Shown here: positions 1-8,539 of the stretch, piece after piece | How the letters are laid out: every line of letters starts with the position of its first letter | Numbering within the stretch: the stretch's first letter is position 1 | DNA from: a virus | Strand: one strand, 5' to 3' | Length of the DNA stretch: 64,000 nt | IMG/VR virus record: IMGVR_UViG_3300043392_000054 | Location: 32,001-96,000 of that record | The notes under the pieces: generated by a model | Databases searched by the model: none | The model's input: the letters and a program-made list of their open reading frames with translations, nothing else | Told to the model about the DNA's origin: nothing | Made by a program: the position numbers and the translations under genes

Positions 1-2
1 AT

Positions 3-1130
3 GCTGCTTTACAGGGTAAATTAAACTTCGAAGAGGCACCAACTGAAAAAACAGATGGTCAAAATCTATTTGTTACGGTTAAAGGTGGAAAGGTTTTATT
101 TGCTAGAAATAAAGGACAAATGAAAAGTCCAATAGACATTACACAAATTACGCAAATGTTCTTAGACCATCCATCTCCTGCAGTTAGAGATACTTTTACA
201 TTTGCTGCAAATGATTTAGCTGGTGCATTATCTCACTTATCTGCTAAAGACCAAGCTGACTTTAATGATGGTAAATCATTTATGAATATGGAGTTAATTT
301 ATTCAGGTAATGCAAACGTTATTTCTTATGAAAAGGATGTAATTCAATTTCATGGTATGATTCATACTGATGGAGAAGGTAACCAAACTGGTTCTGATTC
401 TAAATTAGCTGGTAAAATTGCTGGAGCTTTAAAGGATGTTAATATGCATATTCAAAAAACTTTTGAAATTATACCTCCACAAGAACTTCAAATAGGTAAA
501 GCAATTAATTTTGATGAAAAGAAATCTTATTTCTTAAATAAGATACAAACTTTACAAAATAGGTATAAGTTACAGGATACTGACCCAGTTTCAAAATATC
601 ATGCAATGTGGTGGAAAGAACTGATTGACAAGGACTTTAAGAACCTAGACGAAATCGATAAAGCGGGTTTAGTTCAGAGATGGGCTTTTGATGATAAGAA
701 AACTCTTAATGTTAGAGACTTAGCAAAGAAGATGTCTGCTGATGAATATAAAGAATTTCAACGTTTTGATAAAGAAGACGCTAAAAAGAAATTTAAGGAG
801 AACATTGAACCATTTGAAAATTTATTCTTAGAATTAGGTTCTGTTGTTTTAAAAAATGTTTCGAATTTATTAGTTGCAAACCCTGATAAAGAAATGCAGC
901 GTTTACACAATCAAATTAAAACCGAAGCAGATAAAATTAAACAAAACGGTGATTTAAGCCAAATGGCTAAAGTTGAAAAAGAATTAAATAGATTAAATTC
1001 AATTGGAGGTATTGAATCAATTGTACCTTCAGAGGGTTTAGTATTTCAATATAAAGGAAAGCTGTTTAAGCTGACTGGAACATTTGCTGCGATAAATCAG
1101 TTAATGGGTATAATAAAATATGGCAGATAA
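3..1130 (+). CDS. RNA/DNA-ligase-like covalent nucleotidyltransferase (DUF6267-like), 5'-truncated by the window edge
   Basis: Frame is open from nt 3 (AALQGKLNFEEAPTEKTDGQNL...) into the listed 120..1130 ORF. Motif I KxDG (TEKTDG), motif III (MELIY), motif IV (EGLVF) and motif V lysine (FKLTG). Confidence 0.65.
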   Translation, partial: AALQGKLNFEEAPTEKTDGQNLFVTVKGGKVLFARNKGQMKSPIDITQITQMFLDHPSPAVRDTFTFAANDLAGALSHLSAKDQADFNDGKSFMNMELIYSGNANVISYEKDVIQFHGMIHTDGEGNQTGSDSKLAGKIAGALKDVNMHIQKTFEIIPPQELQIGKAINFDEKKSYFLNKIQTLQNRYKLQDTDPVSKYHAMWWKELIDKDFKNLDEIDKAGLVQRWAFDDKKTLNVRDLAKKMSADEYKEFQRFDKEDAKKKFKENIEPFENLFLELGSVVLKNVSNLLVANPDKEMQRLHNQIKTEADKIKQNGDLSQMAKVEKELNRLNSIGGIESIVPSEGLVFQYKGKLFKLTGTFAAINQLMGIIKYGR

Positions 1131-1180
1131 TTTTTTTATATCAAATAAATTTATTATATTTACAATATTAAATTAAAAAG

Positions 1181-3043
1181 ATGGCATTACAAAGACTAAG
1201 AGATTTTTATCAAGCAACAAATAGCAATACATTTAATGAAATGTTAAAGCAAAAAGTTATTGTAACTGAGAAAATTGCTTCAACATCATTTCATGTTAGA
1301 AGAGGTTTAGAAGGATTTGAATATTTTAAATCTGGAAATACTGAACCAATGACAATGGTTGATAGAACTTTAACTTCATTATATGAAGTAGGAATTAAGC
1401 ATTTTCAAAGTCTTGTAAAAGATGTTAAAGAGGATATGCCAACTGATTGGAAATTCGGCTTTGATTATTTACCAGAGACTAATATTTCTTCTAGAATACA
1501 ATATGACCAAACACCATTTAATTTTATGATACTGTCACATATTCAAGTGATGACAAGTACTGGTAAAGTTAAAAAGGTTTTAACAGACCCTGTTGTTCTT
1601 AAAGAATGGGCTAATAAATTACAAGTACAAGCACCTACAATTATTTTTGAAGGTAATTTAGACCAATTACAAAAACAAGCATTGGTTAATTTATTATCGA
1701 CTTCAAATGAATCTTATCAAAAAAGATTTGCCAATGAGTCATTTACAAAACACGTATATAAATTATTTAATCCATCTGCATATAAATCAGTTCTTAATGA
1801 AGACTTAGAAAAACCAATTGATGGCTTAGTAATTAGCTTTATTGATTCTACGCAAATTAAGTCATTTAAATTAGATGAAGCATTAGAGCAACCTGAAGAG
1901 GTAAGAGAAAGCAGCCACATGTACCAATTAACAATGGTAGATATGCTAGAATATTTTTCTAATTACAATTTAGATTCAATCGAACTAGTAGAAACAGCTG
2001 CAGATAAAAGATATATTGAATTAGTTTCAACTATGTTTAATTCATACGTTAAAGAAAATGCAACCAAATATATCGGGGTTAATTTTAATTCTGCAGATTT
2101 TTCAAAATCCGAAATGTTTCAGCTAAATACAAAGTGGATTCAAAATGAAACAACACTAAGATACATTGAAAATCCTATTTTAGGAGAATTGTATAAAATA
2201 GTTTTAGGTTCATTTAATAAAAAGAAGATTAAAGAATCAACAATAATGAATCAAACTATGATTGAACAATTAAATGAAATTATTGACCAAATTGATGCAA
2301 AAATATACGCAGAACAAACTGATGAAAATGCAATTTATCAATTTAATCATTTCTTGTTAAAGAATAAAATTGCTGGAGCAAAGACAGACTTAAACGAAGC
2401 GCTTAAGATTGACTACCCAGAACAAGGAAAAGAAAAAGTTAATATATTTGTTGGTAGATTTCAACCATTCACCACAGGTCACGTAAAGGTCTTAGAAACA
2501 CTATACAAACAAAATGGGTATCCTGTAATTGTATTTTTAGTTAAAGCTAAAACTGCAAAAAAAGAGGATGCTATTAAAAGACCATACGATGTTGATACTC
2601 AAATAGAAATGTTTAATGCGGTTCAAAGAGAATACAAATTCTTAAAAGAAGTTATAGTTGTTCCATCTGCTGCGATTGACGTAATGTTTAATGAGTTAAG
2701 ACCTAAATATGAACCAGTTTTATGGGGCACAGGTACAGACCGAATGAAGGCATACGGTTATATGGTTAATAATGACAAATATAGAGATGAATTAGGAGTT
2801 CTTCCAGAATTTGGTCTTTATGAAATTCAAAGAGGCGACGATGATGTATCTGCTACTAAAGTTAGAAAGGCTTTAGAAGATGGAGATGCTAAAGAGTTTA
2901 ATAAAATGACACCTAATTCTTTACACTTTATGTTTGATGAACTAAAATCTAAATTAGAAGCTTCATTAGCTACATTAGAATCAATTGAAACAAATTTAGA
3001 TAATGATATACTAACATTTGAACAATTCATAACTAAACAATAA
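1181..3043 (+). CDS. Fusion of a degenerate ligase-like domain and an HxGH cytidylyltransferase/NMNAT-like domain
   Basis: N-terminal TEKIAS, IDGLVI, SFKL echo ligase motifs I/IV/V. C-terminal GRFQPFTTGH (HxGH-type) and DVSATKVRKAL (SxT motif). Confidence 0.7.
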   Translation: MALQRLRDFYQATNSNTFNEMLKQKVIVTEKIASTSFHVRRGLEGFEYFKSGNTEPMTMVDRTLTSLYEVGIKHFQSLVKDVKEDMPTDWKFGFDYLPETNISSRIQYDQTPFNFMILSHIQVMTSTGKVKKVLTDPVVLKEWANKLQVQAPTIIFEGNLDQLQKQALVNLLSTSNESYQKRFANESFTKHVYKLFNPSAYKSVLNEDLEKPIDGLVISFIDSTQIKSFKLDEALEQPEEVRESSHMYQLTMVDMLEYFSNYNLDSIELVETAADKRYIELVSTMFNSYVKENATKYIGVNFNSADFSKSEMFQLNTKWIQNETTLRYIENPILGELYKIVLGSFNKKKIKESTIMNQTMIEQLNEIIDQIDAKIYAEQTDENAIYQFNHFLLKNKIAGAKTDLNEALKIDYPEQGKEKVNIFVGRFQPFTTGHVKVLETLYKQNGYPVIVFLVKAKTAKKEDAIKRPYDVDTQIEMFNAVQREYKFLKEVIVVPSAAIDVMFNELRPKYEPVLWGTGTDRMKAYGYMVNNDKYRDELGVLPEFGLYEIQRGDDDVSATKVRKALEDGDAKEFNKMTPNSLHFMFDELKSKLEASLATLESIETNLDNDILTFEQFITKQ

Positions 3044-3044
3044 A

Positions 3045-4490
3045 ATGTCAGGAACTTACGGAGATATTAGAGCTCGTTTTGCTACTGCTTTAAATAAAGC
3101 TGTCAACGAATCCAAATCGGGTGGAGAAAGTGAACTTTTAAATGCATTAAGACCCGCATTTGATAAAGCCGGATATGATGGTAAAATAGAATCAGGTAGA
3201 AGACCTAAGCATTTAAGATATATGTTAGGTAAAAATGTTAATGATACTTTAGCCAGTATTAATGCTGTTTTAAAAAGAGAATTAAGCAATTATACAATTG
3301 ATACAATTTCACCAGGAGATTATAAATCAGGTTCCTTTTCAGGTAAATATTATACCTTTAATATTATTTTACAAGATAGTACAGTAGTTAGGGGTGTTGA
3401 ATTTCCAGCAGGTATTGAATTTAAAATAGTAAATGATGATGTTCCAGCTGGTTCAATTTCAGCAAAAGCATTGACACCCGTAGGATTAGGTTTACCTTCT
3501 ACTTATATGAATCAGCAGCAAATAATCAATGTGACTAAAAATGCTGTATCTTCTAAATATAAAGATGATGATTTAATTATAGAACTATTACATTCATTAG
3601 TAAATGATGTTGCTGGCTTCTCTTCCAAACACAGATATGAATCTGCAGGAAACGTTGATACCTTTGAAGAAACTATTACATATTCGCCAAATACATCGCA
3701 CTTAATTTCACATTTTGACCCATCAGATTTAAATACAATAGGTAAAGATTTTGGTGAAATATTAGGAGCCATTTACATGTTAAATATATGCGGATATAAT
3801 AAAGGTATTGAATTTCCTAGTGGAAATAATCCATTAGTTGATTTTTATATTGATGGATTTGGCGTATCTTCTAAATATAAATCAGGAGCAGCACCAACTC
3901 TTTCGGGAATTATAAAGAATGTTAATCAAGACCAATTAACAACTGATGCAGAAAAAGATTTATTAGAAGTATTTAAAATCGTTGAAAGTAGTAAAGTATC
4001 CGAAGGTTATTTAAAAATAGCGAAGCACTTCAATATGCCAGGCTATCAAGCATTAGTTGAAATTACAAGACAAACAGATATAACAATACAATCTCTTAAT
4101 ACGTTTATTCAACAAATTTTATCTGAAAAACCAGAGGAGTTTATGAATATTTTTGATAAATTTTATACAACTATCGGTAGATTTCCACAAGGTAAAAAAA
4201 TAGAATGGAATAGAATTAAAGCAGAAAAAGTATATGGCGCAGTAATTGGACCTATCAGTTACCATGTAACTGATTTTTTAAATGCAAACGAACAAATTAA
4301 AGATGCACTTACAAATCTTTTATCTAAACTTGAAGTAAAACAATTGTATTTGGATTTTATTCCAAAAAGAAATGAGATACATCTTCATATGAAATCGTTC
4401 TCTACTGAAGGAGTTAAATTTACCTTCGAAGCGCCTAATCAATCAGTATATGTTCCAGATAATGGTAAGCTAGGATTTAAAATGAAATAA
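3045..4490 (+). CDS. Hypothetical protein, possible PD-(D/E)xK-like nuclease
   Basis: DFGEILG ... FPSGNNPLVDFYIDGFGVSSKYK resembles an E...D...xxK restriction-fold core. Confidence 0.4.
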   Translation: MSGTYGDIRARFATALNKAVNESKSGGESELLNALRPAFDKAGYDGKIESGRRPKHLRYMLGKNVNDTLASINAVLKRELSNYTIDTISPGDYKSGSFSGKYYTFNIILQDSTVVRGVEFPAGIEFKIVNDDVPAGSISAKALTPVGLGLPSTYMNQQQIINVTKNAVSSKYKDDDLIIELLHSLVNDVAGFSSKHRYESAGNVDTFEETITYSPNTSHLISHFDPSDLNTIGKDFGEILGAIYMLNICGYNKGIEFPSGNNPLVDFYIDGFGVSSKYKSGAAPTLSGIIKNVNQDQLTTDAEKDLLEVFKIVESSKVSEGYLKIAKHFNMPGYQALVEITRQTDITIQSLNTFIQQILSEKPEEFMNIFDKFYTTIGRFPQGKKIEWNRIKAEKVYGAVIGPISYHVTDFLNANEQIKDALTNLLSKLEVKQLYLDFIPKRNEIHLHMKSFSTEGVKFTFEAPNQSVYVPDNGKLGFKMK

Positions 4491-4491
4491 T

Positions 4492-4499
4492 GATATATA
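4492..4499 (+). promoter_or_regulatory. Putative late promoter GATATATA
   Basis: Same octamer lies upstream of most structural genes; analogous to the T4 late promoter TATAAATA. Confidence 0.6.
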
Positions 4500-4527
4500 A
4501 TAATATATTAAAAAATAAAATAAAATT

Positions 4528-6414
4528 ATGAACTTTGAACAGTTTTTAAATGAAGCTAAAAATTTTAAAGTAGGAGACACTTGGGAGTGGCATGGTAAAG
4601 ATTGGTCTGCTGACCAAAAGAAAGATGTTGATACTATCAAGAAAGTTAAAATTACTAAAGTTGAAGGCTCTAATATTACAGGTCAATTTGATGGCGAATC
4701 TAAAGAGTATATCATTAGAGATGCTAACAAATACTTAAAGAAAAAAGTAAATGAGTCTGAAGAAATTACAGAATCTAACATCAAAGTTGGAGATACGGTT
4801 TCTAGAAAATTTATGGGAGAAGACCCAACTCAAACTTTCAAAGTTATTAGCATTTCAGGTGGTAAAGCTAAATTAAAAGATACTAAAACTGGAGAAGAAA
4901 ACGGAATGTATCTTTCTGACCTAATTAAAGAGTCTGAAGAATTAGAAGAAGCTACAAAGGAAAATCCAAGCGTTTGGGTTCCTGGCGGATTTGATAAAGA
5001 AATGTCAAAATATCCAAATAATAAAATAACTAAAGAAATAGTTCTTAAAGCTGCTAAGAAATATAACGTTGATGCAGAAGATGCTATTCAATATGTTGAA
5101 TTTGGATGGGATATAGATTTAAATGAAAGCGTAAATGAAGCTGAAGCGTCATACGGTTTATCTAAAGCCGAAACTAAAAAGGTTGCAGAAACTTTAGCTA
5201 AAGCAATCTCTAAAAATGACGGTGTTAAATGCACTGTTAATTTAAAATCATTAGAAGAAGATTCATTTGATTTAGATATCGATGGCGAGGAATATGAAGG
5301 TGGTTCTTATTATATCAATGATAAAGGCGAAGTAGTTAATGCTGCAATAACACCACATGAAATATATGGTAAAGCTGAATCTTCAGTTGAAGATTTTATT
5401 AAAGGTTTAAAGAAGCCAGTTAAAGAATCAGCAGAAGTTAATGAATCAAAAATCACAATTAAAAGACAATATACTGAAAATTACCCAGCATCAACTGTAG
5501 GTAAGCACGCTGGAGTTAGAAATAAAATTATCGAAGCTCTAAAAGATGGTCAATTAACTAAAGAAGAATTTGAACAATTAGTTTCAGGTTTAACAGAAGA
5601 TTCTAAAAGATGGTTAAAAAGAAATGCAGCATTCTTTAATATTCAAGAAGACCAAGTTTCATTATCTGCAACAGGTAAAAAGATTTTAAAATCTATTGAC
5701 GAATCGGGTTATAGACCAATGACAGATGCAGAAAGACAAAAAGCCCAATATAAGAAAAATCAATTAGCAAGATTAAGAGCCGTTGATAAGAAAGAAGAAG
5801 AAGGCAAAAGATTAAGAGCTTTACAGCAAAAGTTACATCAGCAAAAAATGAGAAAGGCAAATGAAAGCTTTATTTATGAATCATTCTCTGAGTTTGTTGA
5901 AAATGAATTAAATGAAAAGGCCTATAGATTAACAGGTCATTATACTACTAAAGGAATTATTGGTAAAGTGATGCAGACCTTTAAGAAACATATAGAGCAT
6001 ATTAAATATGAAGAAGATGTTGAAAAAACTTTAAAAGAAGTCAATAAGGCATGGGAGCATTTTCACAATGAAGGTTCTAAAATAATCTTAGATGAAGTTC
6101 ATAAGGCAGTTAAAGATATGGAACAAGTCCTTTATGTTCAAGTTGATGGATTAAGCCAACGTTGGGAAGCAGATACTATTAATAAATTAAATAAAGAAGG
6201 CGGACCTTTGTATATTGTAATTCCTGGCGATTTTGTAATTAACATTGGATTCATGGATGATGTAGACGGTTCTAAATTTAAAAACAAATTAGGCGGTATG
6301 ATGAATAGTGCTATTTCTGGAGGTGAAGATTTATATGGAGAATTTGACCCTGAAATAGATGAAAATAACGTAGAGATTAGAGGAAACGAAGTTATACAAA
6401 TAGATTCAAAATAA
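4528..6414 (+). CDS. Probable head-internal multi-module protein processed by the prohead protease
   Basis: N-terminal MNFEQFLNEA, many [LIV]-x-E|[AS] sites and two KVGDT SH3/KOW-like repeats. Confidence 0.5.
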   Translation: MNFEQFLNEAKNFKVGDTWEWHGKDWSADQKKDVDTIKKVKITKVEGSNITGQFDGESKEYIIRDANKYLKKKVNESEEITESNIKVGDTVSRKFMGEDPTQTFKVISISGGKAKLKDTKTGEENGMYLSDLIKESEELEEATKENPSVWVPGGFDKEMSKYPNNKITKEIVLKAAKKYNVDAEDAIQYVEFGWDIDLNESVNEAEASYGLSKAETKKVAETLAKAISKNDGVKCTVNLKSLEEDSFDLDIDGEEYEGGSYYINDKGEVVNAAITPHEIYGKAESSVEDFIKGLKKPVKESAEVNESKITIKRQYTENYPASTVGKHAGVRNKIIEALKDGQLTKEEFEQLVSGLTEDSKRWLKRNAAFFNIQEDQVSLSATGKKILKSIDESGYRPMTDAERQKAQYKKNQLARLRAVDKKEEEGKRLRALQQKLHQQKMRKANESFIYESFSEFVENELNEKAYRLTGHYTTKGIIGKVMQTFKKHIEHIKYEEDVEKTLKEVNKAWEHFHNEGSKIILDEVHKAVKDMEQVLYVQVDGLSQRWEADTINKLNKEGGPLYIVIPGDFVINIGFMDDVDGSKFKNKLGGMMNSAISGGEDLYGEFDPEIDENNVEIRGNEVIQIDSK

Positions 6415-6421
6415 TAAAATT

Positions 6422-7132
6422 ATGCCAGCACAATCAAAAGCTCAACAAAGATTATTTGGAATTGCATACGCAGTTAAGAAGGGTAATATGTCTATTGAAG
6501 ATGTTACGCCTGAATATAAAAAGAAGATTAAGGACTTAATCGCAAATATGTCTATTGAGCAATTAAAGGATTATGCTGAAACTGATGCAAAAACTTTACC
6601 AGATACTGTTGAAGGAGATGATACATCAGAAGGTTTAGCTTTTGCTGCTAGTTATAATGCACCGCAAGGAGCTGCAATGCCCGGCTCAGGAATGGGTAAA
6701 ATACAGTTACCAGATATGTCAACTGGCGCAACTGGTTCTGGTGATAAAATTTCAGGACAGGGTAACGCTGAAGATGAATATAAAAAGGAGAAAAAGAAAA
6801 GAAAGAAGCTTTTACAAATGATTAAAACATATGAAAGCTTTTCACTAAATGAATCAGTTTCATTTAAAGCTAAATATAAATTAGAAGGTATTAAAGGCGA
6901 AGTTTCTTTTTTAGTCTCTTATTCAGATAGCATAGTTCAATTTATACCAGCTACTTCTAAAGATTTAGAATTGATTGATAAGATTGATGCTTCTTCTGGT
7001 TTACAAAAATGGTTAGACCATAAATTTGGTAAAGGCGGATTTATTAAAAATCAAGAAGGTAGAGCTGGGTATAGTTTTACAATTACAGATGATTTAATAG
7101 AGGATTCAATCCTTAAATTTTTAAAAGTTTAA
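6422..7132 (+). CDS. Hypothetical virion-associated protein with DUF3008-like N-terminus
   Basis: MPAQSKAQQRLFG resembles PAKSKAQQ-type phage proteins; internal MIKTYESFSLNES. Confidence 0.45.
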   Translation: MPAQSKAQQRLFGIAYAVKKGNMSIEDVTPEYKKKIKDLIANMSIEQLKDYAETDAKTLPDTVEGDDTSEGLAFAASYNAPQGAAMPGSGMGKIQLPDMSTGATGSGDKISGQGNAEDEYKKEKKKRKKLLQMIKTYESFSLNESVSFKAKYKLEGIKGEVSFLVSYSDSIVQFIPATSKDLELIDKIDASSGLQKWLDHKFGKGGFIKNQEGRAGYSFTITDDLIEDSILKFLKV

Positions 7133-7155
7133 CGCGTATCATTGCTTAAACAAAT

Positions 7156-7180
7156 AAAAGGGCCGTAAGGCCCTTTTTCT
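7156..7180. terminator. Bidirectional intrinsic terminator
   Basis: AAAAGGGCC-GTAA-GGCCCTTTTT between convergent genes. Confidence 0.85.
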
Positions 7181-7182
7181 TT

Positions 7183-7317
7183 TTAACGACCTTGACCTCT
7201 ATATTTCTTTTTATAATTTTTAGAAGTCTTGTTGTTTGATGTTTTTGTCTTGGCTTGTAAACCTTTTCCTGTAACTTTTTTTACTTTACCAATTGTGGAT
7301 GCAATAGCTTTTGCCAT
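7183..7317 (-). CDS. Small basic protein, 44 aa (not in the ORF track)
   Basis: Translated by hand: MAKAIASTIGKVKKVTGKGLQAKTKTSNNKTSKNYKKKYRGQGR. AATAAATA lies upstream on the - strand and it ends at the bidirectional terminator. Confidence 0.7.
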   Translation of the reverse strand: MAKAIASTIGKVKKVTGKGLQAKTKTSNNKTSKNYKKKYRGQGR

Positions 7318-7390
7318 TTCTTATTAGTTATTTTTTAATCGGTAATTCGACATGCTATTTATTAAAAAATACTTTAAAAAAAGCTTTTAT

Positions 7391-7415
7391 TTGTCGTAAA
7401 AATATATTATATTTA
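7391..7415 (+). promoter_or_regulatory. Early / host-sigma-type promoter
   Basis: TTGTC-N12-TATATTTA; the octamer resembles the Bacteroidota -7 element TAnnTTTG. Confidence 0.6.
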
Positions 7416-7435
7416 CATAGATAAAAAATAAAGCA

Positions 7436-7942
7436 ATGATAATACCTCAAGAATTTAAACCTATATCTAAAGCTATTTATGAATCTATCGTAATTTATAG
7501 AAATATGATAGCAGAATATGGTTTAAATCATAAAGCAACAAAGGCCTATTCAGGAGCATTAAATCATGTAATTAGACAATACGATGGTTTCATTGGGGCT
7601 AGATTAATCACAAAAGAAGCTGTTAAACAAATAAAGGTTGAAAATCCATTTGGTTTAGGTTGGACTTTTCGTGAAAAGGTAAACGCTTATTATGAACATT
7701 GCAATCCTATTAAAGAAATTAAAGAAGGTCTTTTAAAATGTAATTCTTTAGAAGAAGCTGAAGAATATCTTTTTAAAAATATAATAGTTTGTTGGATGAC
7801 AGAGGAAGAAAATAATCGACTAAATAAAGCAGGTTATAGGTCAAAAAGACCAAACGGATTTATAGAATGTTATAATAGCTTAAATATTGAAATCTTAAAT
7901 GAAACCGAATTTAAAAAATTAAAGCAATGCAACCTTATATAG
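7436..7942 (+). CDS. Hypothetical protein with a possible His-Me-finger (HNH-like) motif
   Basis: YEHCNP ... VCWMTEEENNRL resembles EHxxP...N HNH-type cores. Confidence 0.35.
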   Translation: MIIPQEFKPISKAIYESIVIYRNMIAEYGLNHKATKAYSGALNHVIRQYDGFIGARLITKEAVKQIKVENPFGLGWTFREKVNAYYEHCNPIKEIKEGLLKCNSLEEAEEYLFKNIIVCWMTEEENNRLNKAGYRSKRPNGFIECYNSLNIEILNETEFKKLKQCNLI

Positions 7943-8205
7943 TATACTACCTACATTATGAAGATTTTCGTTTTATGAAACCTACATGGAATCTTCGGTC
8001 TGATTATAGTTGTTGCGTTATGGCTGATTCACAAGAGCATGCCATGGAAAAAACAAAGAAACTTTTAGAAAAAATATATGGACAAGTCTATATTAGTTTT
8101 AAAGGTATAGCAACTGGTAAAGTTGAATGGGTCGATGAAGAGAATTCACTTGGTAAAAATGATATTATGCCATTGGGCGGTTGGCCTAAATCTGAAACAA
8201 ATTAA
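7927..8205 (+). CDS. Hypothetical protein
   Basis: 92-aa ORF overlapping the upstream stop, genome-typical codon use. Confidence 0.6.
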   Translation: MQPYIVYYLHYEDFRFMKPTWNLRSDYSCCVMADSQEHAMEKTKKLLEKIYGQVYISFKGIATGKVEWVDEENSLGKNDIMPLGGWPKSETN

Positions 8206-8222
8206 TAAAACTTATATATAAT
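8194..8222 (+). promoter_or_regulatory. Putative middle promoter for the modification cluster
   Basis: GAAAC-N18-TATAAT. Confidence 0.5.
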
Positions 8223-8239
8223 ATTTAAACTAACAATAT

Positions 8240-8539
8240 ATGAATATATTAGAACAAGCTAATAAAATTATTAATGAGCGTTCTGAAGAAAAAGAACGTC
8301 AATATGGTCCATTCGAAGAAGGTATGCGTAGAGCTGCCCAAATCGCCAGCGGTATGACTGGTAAAGATTTCACAGGAAGTGATATGTATGCTGCGCTAGT
8401 TGCATTAAAATTAAGCCGTCACTCTTACAACTACAAACAAGATAACTTATTAGATGCAGTAGCTTATTTAGGTGCTCTTGATAATTACGTTGAAAAATTT
8501 GGTTATAAAGAAACCGAAAAACCTGTTACTAATGAATAA
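8240..8539 (+). CDS. DUF6378-like small all-alpha protein (nucleotide-modification associated)
   Basis: ILEQANKIINERSEEKERQYG ... LKLSRHSYNYKQDNLLDAVAY pattern. Confidence 0.65.
   Translation: MNILEQANKIINERSEEKERQYGPFEEGMRRAAQIASGMTGKDFTGSDMYAALVALKLSRHSYNYKQDNLLDAVAYLGALDNYVEKFGYKETEKPVTNE

Noticed and set aside
1181-3043. Complete NAD+ reconstitution pathway (NARP)
   Set aside because: An HxGH domain is present, but I recognise no Nampt or PRPP-synthetase-like partner in the window.
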